A stretch of DNA of 57,991 nt. It comes from Octopus sinensis (lineage: Eukaryota). The stretch spans positions 1 to 57,991 of the forward strand of contig NW_021833587.1 of assembly GCF_006345805.1 (NCBI RefSeq), given 5' to 3'. Shown piece by piece: positions 35,795 through 48,343 of this stretch; positions within the stretch are counted from its first letter, which is position 1; the number at the start of each line of letters is the position of its first letter. Below the pieces are notes generated by a model. The model did not search any database. It was not told where the DNA came from and worked only from the letters and a program-made list of their open reading frames with translations. Position numbers and translations under genes: made by a program.

Positions 35795-36192
35795 TCCTTT
35801 CTACAGAAGGCGCAAGGCCTGAAATTTTGGAGTAGGGGACTAGTCGATTGCATTGATCCCAGTGCATAACTGGTACTTATTTTATCGACCCCGAAAGGAT
35901 GAAAAGCGAAGTCGATCACGGCAGAATTTGAACCCAAGACGTGAAGACGGGCGAAATACCTATTTCTTTATTACCCACAAGGGGCTAAACACAGAGGGGA
36001 CAAACAAGGACAGACATAGATATTAAGTCGATTACATCGACCCCAGTGTGTAACTGGTATTATATTTATCGACCCCGAAAGGATGAAAGGCAAAGTCGAC
36101 CTCGGCGGAATTTGAACTCACAACGTAACGCAGACGAAATACCGCTAAGCATTTCGCCCGGCGTGCTAACGTTTCTGCCAGCTCGCCGCCTT
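35794..36192 (-). mobile_element. SINE A heterodimer (A1 unit followed by A2 unit) within (AAT)n
   Basis: Head at 36192; junction AAAGAAATAG|GTATTTCG at about 35955-35970. Confidence 0.9.
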
Positions 36193-36235
36193 AATAATAA
36201 TAATAATAATAATAATAACAACAACAACAACAACT

Positions 36236-36843
36236 TCATTTATTTGTTACAAGGACATGAGTTGAGGGGGACAACACAAAGACAGACATTAAGTGTGGCG
36301 GGTTTACATATAATGAAATGATTTTAAAAAATGAATGAAAGAAAATACATAATATACGCTGAAAAAGAAGGGACTTATGCATGGCATACAAAGGTTAAAA
36401 AAAGAAAGAAATAGTGGGAGGATGATAGAGATATGGCCCTCCTGATAGAGGAACGCCTGTAGGGATAATCGAGGAACCCCACTGTCCGAGATTTTCCTGA
36501 AACCCCAGGAACAGGTACCCTCTCCAATTCCTTCTCTCGACTCACAGGTCTACACTTAAAGAGGTACCATCCACTCTTGCCATCTCATGCTTTTCAGCTT
36601 TGTCCACCAAACAACCCCTTTCGCCATAGCCACCAGGCAAAGGAAAACTGCCTTGCCTGCCCGATTGAAGGAGGGCGGCAGTGCAATCATGACTACAGAC
36701 TCGGTCCGCAGACGGATTTGTCCCACACGTGACAACAGCTGTTCGACATAACCCCACAAGTCAGCAATAACCGGATACTGAACGAAGGTGTGCAGAACGG
36801 TTTCGTCACTCTGCGCGCACCTCAGACAAGCACGTATGACAGC
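36236..36843 (-). mobile_element. L1/Tx1-type LINE 3' end
   Basis: Minus strand CLRCAQSDETVLHTFVQYP.IADLWGYVEQLL (post-RT zinc-knuckle region), then a 3' UTR with AATAAA and a simple-repeat tail. Confidence 0.75.
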
Positions 36844-37445
36844 ACAATATCACATTTTTAGTGAATGCTCAAAACTGGCACAACTCGAATACAAAAGATG
36901 ACATGACAAAATGACAAGAATGATCTATTGGGAGCTCTGTGGAAATGATGGCCTCGAAAGATCAAAGACGTGGTATGACCAAATCCCAGAGGGTGTTACT
37001 GAGAATGAGGACCGCAAAATCCTGTGGGATGCAATGATTCGGTGTGACCATCAAATTAGATATCGGAAACCTGACAGTGTTGTGGTGAACAGAAAAGAAA
37101 AAAAAACATGCCTGATAATCAACATAGTATGTCCTGGGGACAACAGGATTGAAGAGGAAGAGGGGAAAAAATGACCAACTATGGGGAATTGAAGTGGGAA
37201 AAAACGCAGGTTGTTGGCTGTGAAGAGAGTGGACGTGATACCCATGGTGATTGGCGCGCTTGGAAGTATCAGCACTCAACTACCAACATGGTTTTTAAAA
37301 ATTGGTACAAATGTAAAGAGGGAACACTTGCAAAGACCATCATTGCTTGGAATTGCAAGAGTTCTCCACTGGGTTCTTGAAGCATGATTGGTCAGTAAAC
37401 AGTTATCACGTTAGTCTGCTGGCTGTGGGCAGCTGATGCTTACAA
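36844..37445 (+). mobile_element. R4/Dong-like non-LTR retrotransposon 3' fragment (restriction-like endonuclease)
   Basis: ISH..SECSKLAQLEYKR*HD...IYWELCG...W.....ENED.KILWD..I..D..I..RKPD.VV....CLII...P.D and IPMVIGALG motifs, with stops and frameshifts. Confidence 0.88.
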
Positions 37446-37546
37446 TCATACCCAACAAAATTAAGAATTGTGTGAAGTTTTCATTGAAGGCAGATGAAAT
37501 GTAGGGGCCAATTGGAAAATGCTTGTCATCGTCAGAAAAGAGTAAA

Positions 37547-37747
37547 GAGTAAAGACCTCTTCAGTCATGAATGACCACGGGCTTGCACCTAAAAAGTTCC
37601 CCTCTGATGTACAAGTCCGGGCATAGTTGTTTATGGAAGACCAGCAATCACCCATACATACTAGCCTCCACTCTCCATGCCATTATATGTACATAGGATA
37701 ACGAGTAAAGACCCCATTTCGATCTTGAATGACCATGGGATTGCACT
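37547..37747 (-). mobile_element. SINE C 3' fragment with duplicated end
   Basis: Homology to 26680-26782; AGTAAAGACC..GAATGACCA.GGG.TTGCAC occurs twice. Confidence 0.7.
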
Positions 37748-37994
37748 GAAGTGAAGACCATGTAAATAGTGCGTGTGATTAATTGGCAAAAACATCGAGA
37801 ATTTTCGAAAACAAATACATTTTAAACATAATAAAAAAATACGTTTTAACCTAAGAAACGTGGATTTGTAAAGCACGTCATACTCTTTTCACTGCTTGTG
37901 GGTGACTGAAGCTACAGTGATACAGGAAACCCACTGCATAGCTAAAGCGACTTAAACTTTGCCAGATGCTTATTTTTTTTTTTAATTACACCTG

Positions 37995-38120
37995 TTAGTT
38001 ATACTGTTTACATTAGATTGGACACCTTATTGGAATGAATGATCGGAGGATCCCTTAGCAGATGCTGTATAGCGAACTCGTTCCAGGAAAGCGTCCCAAG
38101 CGCACCAAATATGGCAATCA
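37995..38120 (+). pseudogene. RTE-clade LINE C-terminal fragment
   Basis: H*IGHLIGMNDRRIP*QMLYSELVPGKRP matches the RTE motif WLGH..RM...RIPKQ.LY.EL..GKRP. Confidence 0.7.
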
Positions 38121-38130
38121 ATAGTAATGA

Positions 38131-38163
<33 letters not shown>

Positions 38164-38674
38164 TATAGTTAAATTTGGGCATAATGGTAAAATGCAGTGA
38201 TCGATTTTGTGAAGATACTGTATGTGATAGGATAATTTCATTGTAATTTTTGAAAATCAGTAGGCAGGAATTGATCAATTTCACCCAATAAATGTGAAAC
38301 AATTTTTTTGGTCGTAGACTTGTGTTATTGTCTCCTTCGATTATTGAAATATCGATTATTGACATTATATTGATTTTTTTAAACTTCTCTGCTCTGTGTG
38401 TGTGTGTAAATCCCTGATGGTCCTCTGTGTGTGTGTGTGTGTGTTTGTGTATAAATCACTGACACTCCTGTGTGGGGAGGGGTGGATTTAAGTGTATGTT
38501 GATTGTATTTATTACCAATGGTTAAATGATTCCTTTTTTGTCCCATGTTTACTGAAATTTTGAAATTCAAGAATCTTCTATACAACCAAATTGAAGGAAG
38601 TGTATAAATCGCTGTGTGTGTGTGTGTGTGTGTGTGTATTTGTGTGTGTGTGCATGTGGATGTGTGGATAAGTG

Positions 38675-39400
38675 GATCTTTGTATTGATGAACGAATATA
38701 TTTTAGGTGTGTTTGTTCTTTGATCCTAATAACAGAGTCTCGGGACTATTCAAACATGTTCACTGAAATTTTTGACAACAATATCAGGTCCTTTACTTTT
38801 TCATGTTTGCATTACATGGTGAAATCCAAAAGAATTTTGATGTCTTTAGACTCATTTATACTTGGAAGCTGGTATTCAAGCCATTTCTTTGTTCTTCTTA
38901 ATTTATATTTCCCACGGTAATTCTCTGTGGATATTTCCAGTGACATTATCATGTCTTCTTTTACATTCTTTCTCATCTAATTTAATTTCCTGCGTTCACT
39001 TATCAAACGCGTAACACTTACAGACTTTTCTCAGACGTTCTCCATATTGGAGATTCAGTGGTTTTTCTCTCAATGGAATTCCATGTAGGTTCTACCCATG
39101 ACCTCTTCTTGTATTGCAAACATCAATGCTGCTGCCTTCTGGACTCGATATCTCTATCAATCACCATTATTCATTCTCTTATTAATCTTCACAAAAAAAA
39201 GAAAGTCTATACATTTTCTTTTATTGGCAAACCTTCTCTGTTTTTCCAAGACATCCTGTCTTCAATTCTCCTGGTGCCATACATTCTTCGCTTTTGACTA
39301 TTCCATCCTTCCTAATCTCCTTTTCCAACATCAGTTCCACACAATTCTTCACCTACCATTCTATAGTATTTCCCCAAAATCTATATACTTATTTCAGAAC
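38675..39400 (-). pseudogene. Heavily decayed R4/Dong-like LINE fragment
   Basis: Minus strand: AALMFAIQEEV...SPI...LISE, KECKRRHDNV..NIHREL, KDIKILLDFTM, and PDIVV. Confidence 0.75.
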
Positions 39401-39610
39401 TATTTACCTCACACGCACAGACCTTCCATTATTATAATGTATATAAAAAACTACCAACATCATATTTCAGATGTTATGTTCCAAATATGACAATTGCGTT
39501 AACCAGGGAACCTTTAAAACAGTCAATGACAAACTGCGGCCCACGGAACTTTCTACATTGAACGCCTAACGAAAACTTACTTTGAATTTTTTTTCAAGAA
39601 GTGTGGTACA

Positions 39611-39945
39611 CCTGACGATCAGCCATGTCTCATGCGGCTCGCTTGATGATCAGCCATGTATCTTATTTCTTTATTGCCCACAATGGGCTAAACATAGAGG
39701 GGACAAACAAGGACAGACAAACGGATTAAGTCGATTACATGGACGCCAGTGCGTGACTGGTGCTTAATTTATCGACCCCGAAAGGATGAAAAGTAAAGTC
39801 GACCTCGGCGGAATTTGAACTCAGAACGTAACGGCAGACGAAATACCGCTAAGTATTTCGCCCGGCGTGCTAACGTTACAGCCAGCTCAATCAGCCATGT
39901 ATCATGTGGCCAGCCTGACGATCAGTCATGTCTTATGCGGCCCGC
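39611..39945. repeat. 31-bp minisatellite (about 3 units) interrupted by a SINE
   Basis: Unit approximately CCTGACGATCAGCCATGTCTCATGCGGCCCG. Confidence 0.8.
39663..39889 (-). mobile_element. SINE A1, full length, with 14-bp TSD
   Basis: ATCAGCCATGTATC at 39649-39662 and 39890-39903. Confidence 0.92.
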
Positions 39946-39992
39946 TTCTAGGAAATGGTTGCCCATGCCTGTTCTAAACCTGCAAGAAATAT

Positions 39993-40325
39993 TGAGTTCA
40001 ACTTTTGTCACAAGGTCAGCAATTTAGTGGAAGGGTATAAGTCGATTACATTAATCCCAATGCTCAGCTGTTATTTAATCTATCGACCCCCGAAAGGTTG
40101 AAAGGCAAAGCCAACCTCGGCAGAATTTGAACTTATAACGTAAAGGGAGACGAAATGTCGTTGAGTATTTCGCCCGACGTGCTATCGATTCTGCTAGCTC
40201 GCCATCTAAAACATGTGAGAAGGATTGATTTCAAATTTTGGTACGAGGCCAGCAATTTAGGGGAGGGATAAGTCAATTACATTGACCCCCGGTGCTCAGC
40301 TAGTACTTATTTTTATCGATCCCAC
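39993..40325 (-). mobile_element. Two diverged SINE A2 copies
   Basis: Homology to family A. Confidence 0.75.
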
Positions 40326-41191
40326 CCGAAATTATCACCAATATACTAATAGGTGGGTATTGTATGGGTAATAAAAAAAAGGCTCAATTAACCTACCTCG
40401 CGGGTTCTGTTATAACGGCGAGCCTTTTCAGCCGGGATATATCCGTAGAAGCCTAAACTTTGTTCAGCACATCCCAGAACTCACGTAAATTCCCAGAACT
40501 CACGCAACCGCCCACGTCCGTCCCGTTTGGTAGCCTTAAGGTAAAAGAGACCCACTGACATGACCTCCCTCACTCTTCTCCTTCCGGCAGGCCCTTTGGC
40601 CATTCGCGAGACATCAGGACCCTATACTTCCGGTCCACCTCATCTCTACTGTAGTCATTCCATTCTTTAAAATGAATGGAATATTATATTCATTCGGGTA
40701 ATATTTGAACTCAGAACACTGGAGTATCTAACTAGCGACGACCACAATGCATTAAATATCTCCTTTCAATCTAATTTCTGTTAACAAAATGTTTCACTCC
40801 ATTCAATATTGCTACTGGTTGATTAGTCATCTGGAACGAATGAAAGCCACAGCACAGCAAGACTAAAGAATAGAAACAATACATTGGAAACTTCAGTCAC
40901 ATCTGTCATGGATCGTCGGTAAAACGTTCCCAGCTTATATAGATATGTGTGTGTGAGAGAGAGAAAGAGGAAGCGAGAGAGAGAGAGAGAGAGAGAGTGT
41001 GTGTGAAAGAGAGGAAGGAAGGAGAGAACGGGGAGGGAATTACCATATGTAAACGAGAATATAGATAATACCTTTATTCGTTGTTGACAGACAGACAGAT
41101 AGATAGGGAGAGAGAGAGAGATAAGTAGGTAGATGGATGGAAGGTAGCTAGCTAGATAGGTATGTATGTAGGTAGGTAAGTAGAATATTGG

Positions 41192-41750
41192 CTTCAAATT
41201 GTGGCACCAGGCCAGCAAGGCCGGGAATGGGTGCAAGCCGATTACATTGACCCCAGTGCTTTTTTGGACCCTGAAAAGGATGAAAGCCAAAGTCGACCTC
41301 GGCAGAATTTGAACCCAGAACGTACAGACAGACGAAATACCACAAATTATTTTGTCAGGCGTGCTAACGATTCTTTTCTACTCTAGGCACAAGGCCGAAA
41401 TTTGGGGGAGGGGGTCAGTCGATTAGATCAACCCCAGTACGCAACTGGTATTTAATTTATCGACCCCGAAAGGATGAAAGGCAAAGTCAACGTCGGCGGA
41501 ATTTGAACTCAGAACGTAAATACCTATTTCTTTACTACCCACAAGGGGCTAAACACAGATAGGACAAACAAGGGCATACAAACGGATTAAGTCGATTATA
41601 TCGACACCAGTGAGTAACTGGTACTTATTTATTCGACCCCGAAAGGATGAAAGGCAAAGTCGACCTCGGCGGAATTTGAACTCAGAAGGTAACAGCAGAC
41701 GAAATACTGCTAAGCATTTGGCCCGGCGAGGTAACATTTCCGCCAGCTAA
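41192..41750 (-). mobile_element. SINE A trimer (A1-A2-A2 in transcript order)
   Basis: Three bodies joined tail to head or tail to internal position. Confidence 0.88.
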
Positions 41751-42363
41751 CTTCCTTGGGTAGATAGAATATTAAATGTTTCACTTGGCGAGGAAAATCT
41801 CATGTTTGTTAACAGGTAAGCTAGTATGTTTCGCTTTTATTGAACCTCATCAATTTGCTTTTATCAGTTGACACAGATTTGTAAAAAATCAGTAAAAGAG
41901 CAACGAAAAGTTGTGAGCAGAACGATTTGTTTATTGGCAAAAGCTAAGATAAGGGAAGTAACTTAAAAGTGTTACGGATATTTAGAGAAAAACTAAAAAT
42001 AATTTACTGCAGACGTCTTCATGAAATTCCTTCATAATAACAATATTTTCAGGGATAAATATATAACTGAAGCATACTATTGCCAAGGACTTCACCTGCC
42101 TAAAACAATAAAAGTTACGTTCAGTTCATTGTAATTCTATTCCTAATTTATAAAATGTTAGTAATTATCGCCCTTTACTTTAACATAATTTAAGTAACAC
42201 AATTCATTGTACGATGTTTTACCCGCCTCATCATAAATTATAATTAATTATAATTTGTTTTTGCTATCACATTAGGTATATCAGCCTTCAGTTATAATTT
42301 CACTGTCTAAACGAATTTGGGAAGTGTAACCCTCAGCTAGACAGAGATGTGATATATATGTAT

Positions 42364-42840
42364 AATATTGGATCTGTGGTCTACGTTCTGAGTTCAAATT
42401 CTGCCAAGGTCGACTTATCCTTTTGGGGACCAATAAAATAAGTACCAGTTGAGCATTGGGGTCGATGTAATCGACTTAATCCTTCCCTCGAAATATGCTG
42501 GTCTTGTAGCAAAATTAAAAATCAATATTGGATCTGTGGTATACGTTCTGGGTTCATATTCCTCTGAGGTCGACTTTGCTTTTTATCCTTTCAGGGTCGA
42601 TAAAATAAGTACCAGTTGAGCATTGGGGTCGATGTAATCGACTTAATCCTTCCCTCGAAATTGCTGGTCTTGTACCAAAATTCTGGGTTCAAATTCCACC
42701 GAGGTCGATTTTGTTTTTTAACCTTTCAGGGTCGATAAAATAAGTACCAGTTGAGCATTGGGGTCGATGTAATCGACTTACGCCCTCCTTCCAAAGTGCT
42801 GGCCTTGTGTTCAAATTTGAAACCAATATTAGATCTATGG
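42364..42840 (+). mobile_element. Triplicated headless SINE A2
   Basis: Three units of about 150-160 bp; AATATT(G/A)GATCT(G/A)TGG occurs at about 42364, 42523 and 42824. Confidence 0.85.
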
Positions 42841-43580
42841 AACACACGTTGTCATTTGGCTGATGCTCAGCGTGCCTTATAACAGACGAGTCAAGCCTAG
42901 CCCTGTACAATAACAGCAATAACAAGGGTTTAAGTGAAGGTTTATTGAACAATGGAAATGTTAGAACACAGACATAAACATGCCATTCTCGGTTCGTTGC
43001 GTCCAAATTCAAGATATGTTAATAATTACTAGTAATAGAGTGATAGTAAATATAAGATTCTTATCAGCCACAGTCAGACTAATGTCATTAAAACTGACTC
43101 TAATATCACAGAAGAACAGCAACATGTTGTCACGCTCACTAAGCGTATATTGGAAGATAATTCGTTAAGGAGGGGAGGATAGAGCTCGCGAAATGCTTTG
43201 ACAGGGACTCCAAGGGAGGTGGCAGTAAGACAAGAAGGGATCATCAAACTGGAGACCTTGCTCGAAAATTCAGAGGTAACCAAGGGCCAGGTCAAGGTTT
43301 GAAGTAAGGCTACAGAATAATTCTATCACCAAACGAGAATAGTCCTTTGACAAGCTTCCTTACAGTTTCTGCAAGAGTTTGGAAACGAAAATTTTGATTA
43401 CTTCATATTAGCGAAGTTATTTACCTTCTTTGCTTGTTTTAGATATTAAAAACCCTTAAAGGGAGTTTTTGTTGTCTAATTGCAAGAGTAATTCCAATGA
43501 ATTGAAATTTTTTAACTCACTACATAACATATACAAGACCCTACTATACATTTAATATGCAAAACACTTTCCTCAGTCAA

Positions 43581-45045
43581 CATGGTTTGATCAATAAGTA
43601 TCCGGATTGTTGCCATAGTAACGAAGCTAAAGCACACAGTAAAGCCGCTTCGCACGGATTGACCTTAAACTCTGCTGCACATGCGCTCTAATTTTTAACG
43701 TTCTAGTTTACTTCTGCTGTTTACAGCAGTGCTTGGAAGGAACGTGTGTAGCATGTGATCGTCTTATTGACTATGACAGAAAGATGTCATGGGAATATCT
43801 GCCCAGAGGCTTTTGCAAAGGTGCAGAAAGTGTATGGAGAGGAGTGTATGAGCTGCACACAAGTGTACGAGTTGTAAAAGACGTTTCGAAGATGGCTGAA
43901 AAATGTCGATAGTGACGAACGTTCTGGGAAACTCATAACCAGTAGAACTGAGAAAGACATAGCAAATGTGTGTGAAGCTGTGAGGGGAAATCGTCGAATC
44001 ACCATCCGTGAGTTATCAGAGGATATGCAGATTAGTTACGGTTAGTTGCAGATTAGTTGCTGCGAGCTGGCAGAAACGTTAGCACGCTGGGCGAAATGCT
44101 TAGCGGTATTTCGTCTGCCGCTAAGTTCTGAGTTCAAATTCCGCCGAGGTCGACTTTGCCTTTCATCCTTTCAGGATCGATTAAATAAGTACCAGTTACG
44201 CACTGGGGTCAATAAAATCGACTTAATACATATGTTTGTCCATGTTTGTCTCCTCTATGTTTAGCCCCTTGTGGGTAATAAAGAAATAAGTATTTCGTCT
44301 GCCGCTACGTTCTGAGTTCAAATTCTGCCGAGGTCGACTTTGCCTTTCATCCTTTCGGGGTCGATTAAATAAGTACCAGTTACGCACTGGGGTCGATAAA
44401 ATCGACTTAATCCGTTTGTCTGTCCTTGTTTGTCCCCTCTGTGTTTAGCCCCTTGTGGGTAATAAAGAAATAGGTATTTCGTCTGCCGCTACGTTCTGAG
44501 TTCAAATTCCGCCGAGGTCGACTTTGCCTTTCATCCTTTCGGGGTCGATTAAATAAGTACCAGTTACGCACTGGGGTCGATAAAATCGACTTAATCCGTT
44601 TGTCTGTCCTTGTTTGTCCCCTCTGTGTGTAGCCCCTTGTGGGCAGTAAAGAAATAAGATTAGTTATGGTTCAGTTCAGTGCATCATCACGGAGATTCGT
44701 GTCTACCAAGTTTGCGCGAAAACCGTTTTCGGTTGACCAAAATGACACTCGGGTTTCAGTTGCACAAGATCTCTTTGATTGTGTCAAGAACAATGAAGAC
44801 TTTTTGAAAACTTGGCGTAGGCCTCTCAGCAGGCATTGGCAAGCTTTCGGCGAAATTTGCGATAATCACACTCTACACACGTTCATTCCAAGCACTGCTG
44901 TAAGCAGCGGAAGTGAGCTAGAACGTTAAAAGTTAGTGCACATGCACAGCAGTGTTCAAGGTCAATCTGTGCCAAGCAGCTTTACTCTGCGTGCTTTAGC
45001 TTCATTACTATGGCAACAGTCCGGATACTTATTGATCAGACCACG
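43581..45045. mobile_element. Mariner-derived element made of two inverted 5' ends, interrupted by a SINE trimer
   Basis: Inverted arms of about 180 bp (43581-43762 and 44861-45045) with TA at the right end. The + strand reads EAFAKVQKVYGEECMSCTQVYE...VDSDERSG...RRITIRELSEDMQISYG|SVQCII...VSTKF...DFLKT, a transposase N-terminal HTH region. Confidence 0.88.
44064..44656 (+). mobile_element. SINE A1 trimer with 15-bp TSD
   Basis: One head plus three units of about 183 bp; AGATTAGTTA(C/T)GGTT at 44029-44043 and 44657-44671. Confidence 0.93.
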
Positions 45046-45355
45046 TACGACATTTGCGTATATACATTTACATATATGTGTGTGTGTGTGTCTGCGTGTG
45101 TGTGTGTGTGTGTACATATACATACATATATATATGTATGTGTGTGTGTATGCATGTATGTATATATATATAGACTTTCTTCTGTCTCCTTTTTCTTCTT
45201 TCTTTTTCCTCTCTTCGTCTCTCTTCTCTCTCTCTCTCACCCTTTTACTTCTATCTCTAGCCTTTCTTATTTCTCCTTTTCCCCTCCTCATCTTCCCTTA
45301 TTTTCTCTCTGTCGCTTTCTCTCCCTCTCTCTTGCCCGTAGTGGCGGGCGAAATA

Positions 45356-45591
45356 ACTATTTCTTTACTACCCACAAGGGGTTAAACACAGAGAGGACAA
45401 ACAAGGACAGACAAACGGATTAAGCCGATTATATCGATCCCCAGTGCGTAACTGGTACTTATTTTATCGACCCCGAAAGGATGAAAGGCAAAGTCGACCT
45501 CGGCGGAATTTGAACTCAGAACGTAACGGCAGACGAAATACCGCTAAGCATTTCGCCCAGCGTGCTAACGATTCTGCCAGCTCACCGCCTT
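45356..45591 (-). mobile_element. SINE A1, full length
   Basis: Homology to family A. Confidence 0.9.
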
Positions 45592-45635
45592 ATATAATAA
45601 TAAAAATAAAATAATAATAATAATAATAATAATAG

Positions 45636-45779
45636 TATGTAGCTTGCTTACCAACCACATGGTTCCGGGTTCAGTCCCACTGCGTGTCACCTTGGACAAG
45701 TGTCTTCTAGTATAGCCTCGAGCCGACCAAAGCCTTGTGAGTGGATTTGGTTGACGGAAACTGAATGAAACCTGTCGTA

Positions 45780-45812
<33 letters not shown>

Positions 45813-46042
45813 GTATGTGTGTGTATATGTTTGTGTGTCTGTGTTTGTCCCCGCAACATCGCTTGACAACTGATGCTGGTGTGTTTATGTCCCCGTAACT
45901 TAGCGGTTCGGCAAAAAGAGACCAATAGAATAAGTACTAGGCTTACAAAGAATAAGTCCTGGGGCCGATTTACTCGACTAAAGGCGGTGCTCTAGCATGG
46001 CTACAGTCAAATGACTGAAACAAGTAAAAGAGTAAAAGAGAA
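45636..46042 (+). mobile_element. SINE B, head slightly truncated
   Basis: Homology to family B. Confidence 0.9.
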
Positions 46043-46677
46043 AGAGTAAAACAATAATAATAATAATAACACCAACAACAATGACACCCATATCAATATT
46101 AATAATAAGAATTTGATAATCTTTCGGTCTCTTTTTCTCATCATTTCGTGGCCCCAACGGAGCTGCTCTTCCACTTACATAACAGTTCATGAGTTCCACG
46201 CCAAGCCGAGCATTCGTCGCCAGATCACAGCGAATAGAGATGATACCGTGGGTAATTCAAAACGTTATTTACAAAAGCAGACACAGAAATGAAGATAATA
46301 TTTTAAGAAGTTCGCAACAAGGTGTAGAGGAAATACGTTTAACCCAGTCCCGCATAGTAGGGAGAGTGAGACTCAAGGGTTCGTGTTCGTTCTTCGTTGC
46401 CGCCGAAATGGTATTCCCAATGTGGAATACGATCTTATAAAGGTTCATTTTTCTTCTATCAAATAACACACTCGGCATCTGGCCATTCTTCCATCCTGAT
46501 AAGAAATCTCTTTTCAATTAAGTAACTACACTGATTCATTATGTTACCATAGCGATATGTAATTATATACCTACATATATATATATATACACATACATAC
46601 AAGGATATATGTAAATATGTAGTATAATGTGTGTGTAAGTCGTTTTATGCATGTGCGAGTATATTTGTATGAGTAGG

Positions 46678-46751
<74 letters not shown>

Positions 46752-47238
46752 TATATAGCTGTGTGTGTGTGTGCACGTGTATATTCGTATGTGCTTCTCT
46801 GTGTACGTGAAGAACTATTTATTTATCTGTATGCATACATCGATGTATATTGTTTATACACGGCTAATTGTAGTGCTCCATTATGGGCGGGACCTAGAGT
46901 GCTGAAACGAACTAAGAATCTACAAAAATAACTTGTGTACGTGTACGTGTGTGTGTGTGCGTACGTGTGTGTATGTGTATGTGTTTCTGTTTGCATATGT
47001 ATATATATATACATATGACGCAATATGACCGAATAGCTAAGAAGTTGATTTTGCAATCACAACGTCTGGAGTTCGATTCCACAACAATATATCTTGGTTA
47101 AATCTAAAATTTTTCAGTGAGGCTGGTTAGATGGAAACTATGCAGAAGCCCATCGGAATCCATTAAAACTGTAAAGCAGGTTCGTCACAGACTGTGACAC
47201 ACTAATACTGCATGAAAATTGAATTAAACATATATATA

Positions 47239-47384
47239 GGCGCAGGCGTGGCTGTGTGGTAAGAAGCTTGCTTCCCAACCACATGGTTACGGGTTCAGTC
47301 CCACCGCATGACACACTGGGCAATTGTCTTCTACTATAGCCTCGGGTCGACCAAAGCCTTCTGAATGGATTTGGTAGACGGAAA

Positions 47385-47415
<31 letters not shown>

Positions 47416-47515
47416 TTTCTATGTTTCTACCCCGACCGCTATCGCTTATGTCCCCGTAACTTAGCAGTTCGGCAAAATAGACCGGTGGAATAAGTACCAG
47501 GCTTACAAAGGATAA
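47239..47515 (+). mobile_element. SINE B, 3'-truncated
   Basis: Head GGCGCAGGCGTGGCTGTGTGG. Confidence 0.82.
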
Positions 47516-47771
47516 TTCTACAATTGTTTCAATAAACAGTTTATCAGAAGTGTATTCATTTCATTATTTGCTGCTATCTCCGCCTGCGGCAGAATGCACA
47601 ATAACATGAGATAGCTGTCTCTATAATATCAATCTATGTTATAGGATTTATCTATGTTTGGTTTTATTAGCCACACTCTTCCGTGCTGGTTTAGGACATG
47701 TTGAAAATGTGGTATTAATTTTGGAGTCTTCCTTCTGATTTTAAAAGTTTCGTCGCAGATAAGGAGCACAA

Positions 47772-47919
47772 TCTACCCTTACAAAAATCTATTTAGCCCA
47801 TTGATGGCACCCTGACAGGTACTACTGTTTTGGGTCTGAACGGTCCTGGGAGTAATGGTAGTTAAAGGGTGACTCCACGCTCCTCACAACTCTATAACTC
47901 CCGAACAGGAGCTATACCA
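47772..47919 (+). mobile_element. Old SINE body fragment (family E), target of the next insertion
   Basis: Resembles 11608-11770. Confidence 0.5.
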
Positions 47920-48343
47920 ATTTCTTTACTACCCACAAGGGGCTAAGCACAGAGGGGACAAACAAGGACAGACAAACGGATTAAGTCGATTATATCGACC
48001 CCAGTGCGTAACTGGTACTTAATTTATCGACCCCGAAAGAATGAAAGGCAAAGTCGACCTCGGCGGAATTTGAACTCAGAACGTAACAGCAGACGAAATA
48101 CCACTAATTATTTTGTCAGGCGTGCTAACGATTCTTTTATACTCTAGCCCGGAAATTCTGGGGGAGGGGGCCAGCTGATTAGATCGACCCTAGTACGCAA
48201 TTGGTATTTAATTTATTGATCCCGAAAGGATGAAAGGCAAAGTCGACGTCGGTGGAATTTGAACTCAGAACGTAACAGCAGACGAAATACGGCTACGCAT
48301 TTCGCCCGGCGTGCTAACGGTTCTGCCAGCTAACGATTCTGCC
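47920..48343 (-). mobile_element. SINE A heterodimer (A2 unit then A1 unit) with 16-bp TSD
   Basis: AACAGGAGCTATACCA at 47904-47919 and 48344-48359. Confidence 0.92.

Noticed and set aside
41820-41858. Minus-strand TTGATGA...GAAACATA hammerhead remnant
   Set aside because: It needs about 4 corrections and neither stem I nor stem II pairs as it stands.
43000-43310. Nearly open frame as an exon or LINE piece
   Set aside because: It has an internal stop and no recognisable motif or splice signals.
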